Below are positions 61,833 through 64,000 of a DNA stretch of 64,000 bases, piece after piece (position 1 is the first letter of the stretch; the number at the start of each line of letters is the position of its first letter). A model generated the notes under the pieces. The model had not been told where the DNA came from. It searched no databases and saw only the letters and a program-made list of their open reading frames with translations. This stretch comes from Eledone cirrhosa (lineage: Eukaryota). A program made the translations under genes and the position numbers. The stretch is from NCBI GenBank assembly GCA_964016885.1, contig OZ024758.1, forward strand, positions 24,490,001 to 24,554,000, written 5' to 3'.

Positions 61833-62200
61833 TTGGATCCTCAAGCAAAGCCAGCCGAGCTCATGGATGTTATGCAACGATCTTGATCGAGGTCTACCCT
61901 TGGGTCTCCTGCCATATGGTTTTGCCCTCAAAATATGTCCTAAGGCATTCTGACCAAATGCGCTATCTTCAATTTGGTATTTATGCCGACCCTTACCCTT
62001 ACTCATGAATCTTGGATAATGACTGGAAAAACACAATTGCAAATCAAGCAGCCAAAATGGGGTTCCTGTCAAGGGTGTTTGGAGTAATGTTACTCGATAG
62101 AATGCGTAGCTCAGGGATCAGAGCGTTGCTGCAATTAGAGCCACTGCTTCTCCAAATTGAGAGATCACAGCTCTGACACTGTGGACATGTGGTCAGAATT
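61830..62200. mobile_element. RTE (Rex3/Expander-like) fragment with inverted 5' part
   Basis: The + strand at about 62045-62200 reads QAAKMGFLSRV...EPLLLQIERSQL*HCGHVVR. The - strand at about 61830-61975 reads PYGRRPKGRPRSR...LGW. Confidence 0.65.
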
Positions 62201-63282
62201 CTGGATACATAATTTATTAGTGTCTAACTTACTGATACCAAAATATTAGTCTGTAACTAATCCTGTTTGCTAGTATACATCTGTCTAGTATTCAAATCTT
62301 CACATGTGTCAAGAAGACAAAATGTACATCAAAATTATTTCTGATTCTGTTTATCAATATAAAAATATTTCATCTTGTTCCATCTGCTCCTTGTGTGTCC
62401 CACCTCCAACTCTCCCTCTTTATCTTTCTCTCTCTTTCTTTCTTTCTCCCTCTTTCTCTTACACTCACACACACACTCTTCATATGTGATCTCAGAGTGC
62501 ATAGAATGCCATTGATGGCCTCTAAATTCATAAATCTACAGCTGAAAGACCAATAGACCTCCCCCTAACTTGATCAACCACTGGGTTCCTTCCTTTGTTT
62601 ATCTGAAACATATTTTAAAGATGAAGTGACTTAGTAGGCAGCTGTCATTAACAAGATAGTTATGGTAAACTTTTATGAAAAATACAAAACAGGAACTGAC
62701 GTAATGCTGGTTGTATTTGTAGCTTTTCTCGGCTGATTTTTTTTTACTTTCTTTCTATGCAATCTTATCTGTTAGATAAAAAACTCATAGTATTTATAAT
62801 AGAAATCTTCATCAAGATATCCTGAATAGAATCTGTGAGTTTTGTTGGGTTTTTTTATTGTGGATACATGTGTGTACCTGCATTGAATGTACGTGTGTTT
62901 GTTGTGTTTGCGTTTAGTGTATGTATTTATGTATGAGCATATGTCAGTGAAGGCACATCGAGAGAGCTGAAGGCACACTAGAGAGCTGAACTCACTATCG
63001 TGAGGTTGCGAGTTCGATTCTTGGACCGAGTGATGTGCTGTGTCCTTGAGCAAGACTCTTTATTTCACGTTGCTCTTTCTGCCAGGAGTTGCGACTGGTA
63101 GATAGAATCAGCAATGGAAATACCAATGGAAACATTGTTTCCTTGGTCCAATTTAACGAAGTCCATCCCACTCACCAAGCAAATGAGGTCTGGAATCTTG
63201 TTAATCAATCAGAGCGATATGTCAACGTACTTCAGTGTGTATGTGATAGCTATAAGTGAAAATACATATGTATGGAGAGTGG

Positions 63283-64000
63283 GGTTGTATATATATTTGG
63301 GTATATATATGTCTGGGTATATATATTAAGGTGTCTGGGTTTATATATGTCTGGGTGTATATATATTTGGGTATATATGTCTGGGTGTATATATGTCTGG
63401 GTATATATATTAAGGTGTCTGGGTTTATATATGTCTGGGTGTATATATATTTGGGTATATATATTTCTGGGTGTATATATGTCTGGGTATATATATCTAG
63501 GTGTCTGGGTTTATATATGTCTGGGTATATATATCTAGGTGTCTGGGTTTATATATGTCTGGGTGTATATATATTTGGGTATATATATGTCTGGGTATAT
63601 ATATCTAGGTATCTGGGTTTATATATGTCTGGGTGTATATATATTTGGGTATATATATGTCTGGGTGTATATATGTCTGGGTATATATATTAAGGTGTCT
63701 GGGTTTATATATATCTGGGTGTATATATATTTGGGTATATATATGTCTGGGTGTATATATGTCTGGGTATATATATCTAGGTGTCTGGGTTTATATATGT
63801 CTGGGTGTATATATATTTGGGTATATATATGTCTGGGTGTATATATGTCTGGGTATATATATCTAGGTGTCTGGGTTTATATATATCTGGGTGTATATAT
63901 ATTTGGGTATATATATGTCTGGGTGTATATATGTCTGGGTATATATATCTAGGTGTCTGGGTTTATATATGTCTGGGTATATATATCTAGGTGTCTGGGT
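63283..64000. repeat. About 16-bp tctgggt(at)n satellite with higher-order units, running off the window end
   Basis: Repeated tctgggtatatatatg/tctgggtgtatatat variants, with recurring ctaggtg/taaggtg units. Confidence 0.93.

Noticed and set aside
63086-63230. Candidate MORN1 exon 8
   Set aside because: The best acceptor gives a stop in the required phase. The alternative open frame shows no recognisable MORN1 similarity, and the pyrimidine tract is SINE-derived.

Overview
This is AT-rich, repeat-dense animal genomic DNA. The (TA)n/(CAT)n microsatellites, tRNA-derived SINEs and RTE LINEs suggest a cephalopod such as an octopus, though the taxon is an inference. Most of the window is one + strand gene, MORN1. 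I could assemble seven GT-AG exons in one frame (9783-9918, 11692-11763, 35926-36135, 37739-37826, 44959-45046, 53576-53786, 60421-60529; 914 nt), and the gene continues past the window. It sits head-to-head, 228 bp away, with the first coding exon of an unidentified - strand gene, with an RFX X-box-like palindrome between them. The introns hold two decayed RTE LINEs, CRE- and Tx1-like LINE remnants, a 1.5-kb hAT element with intact TIRs and TSD, piggyBac-, mariner- and Helitron-like non-autonomous elements, two SINE families and several long minisatellites, some clearly derived from TE pieces. The most notable signal is a set of short non-coding elements inserted in (TA)n tracts as inverted pairs (clusters at 1.5-4 kb and 29-32 kb). 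They carry type I hammerhead ribozyme motifs from at least three sequence families with covarying stems, consistent with Penelope-like or retrozyme-type elements. All homology calls are from recognition, not database searches.
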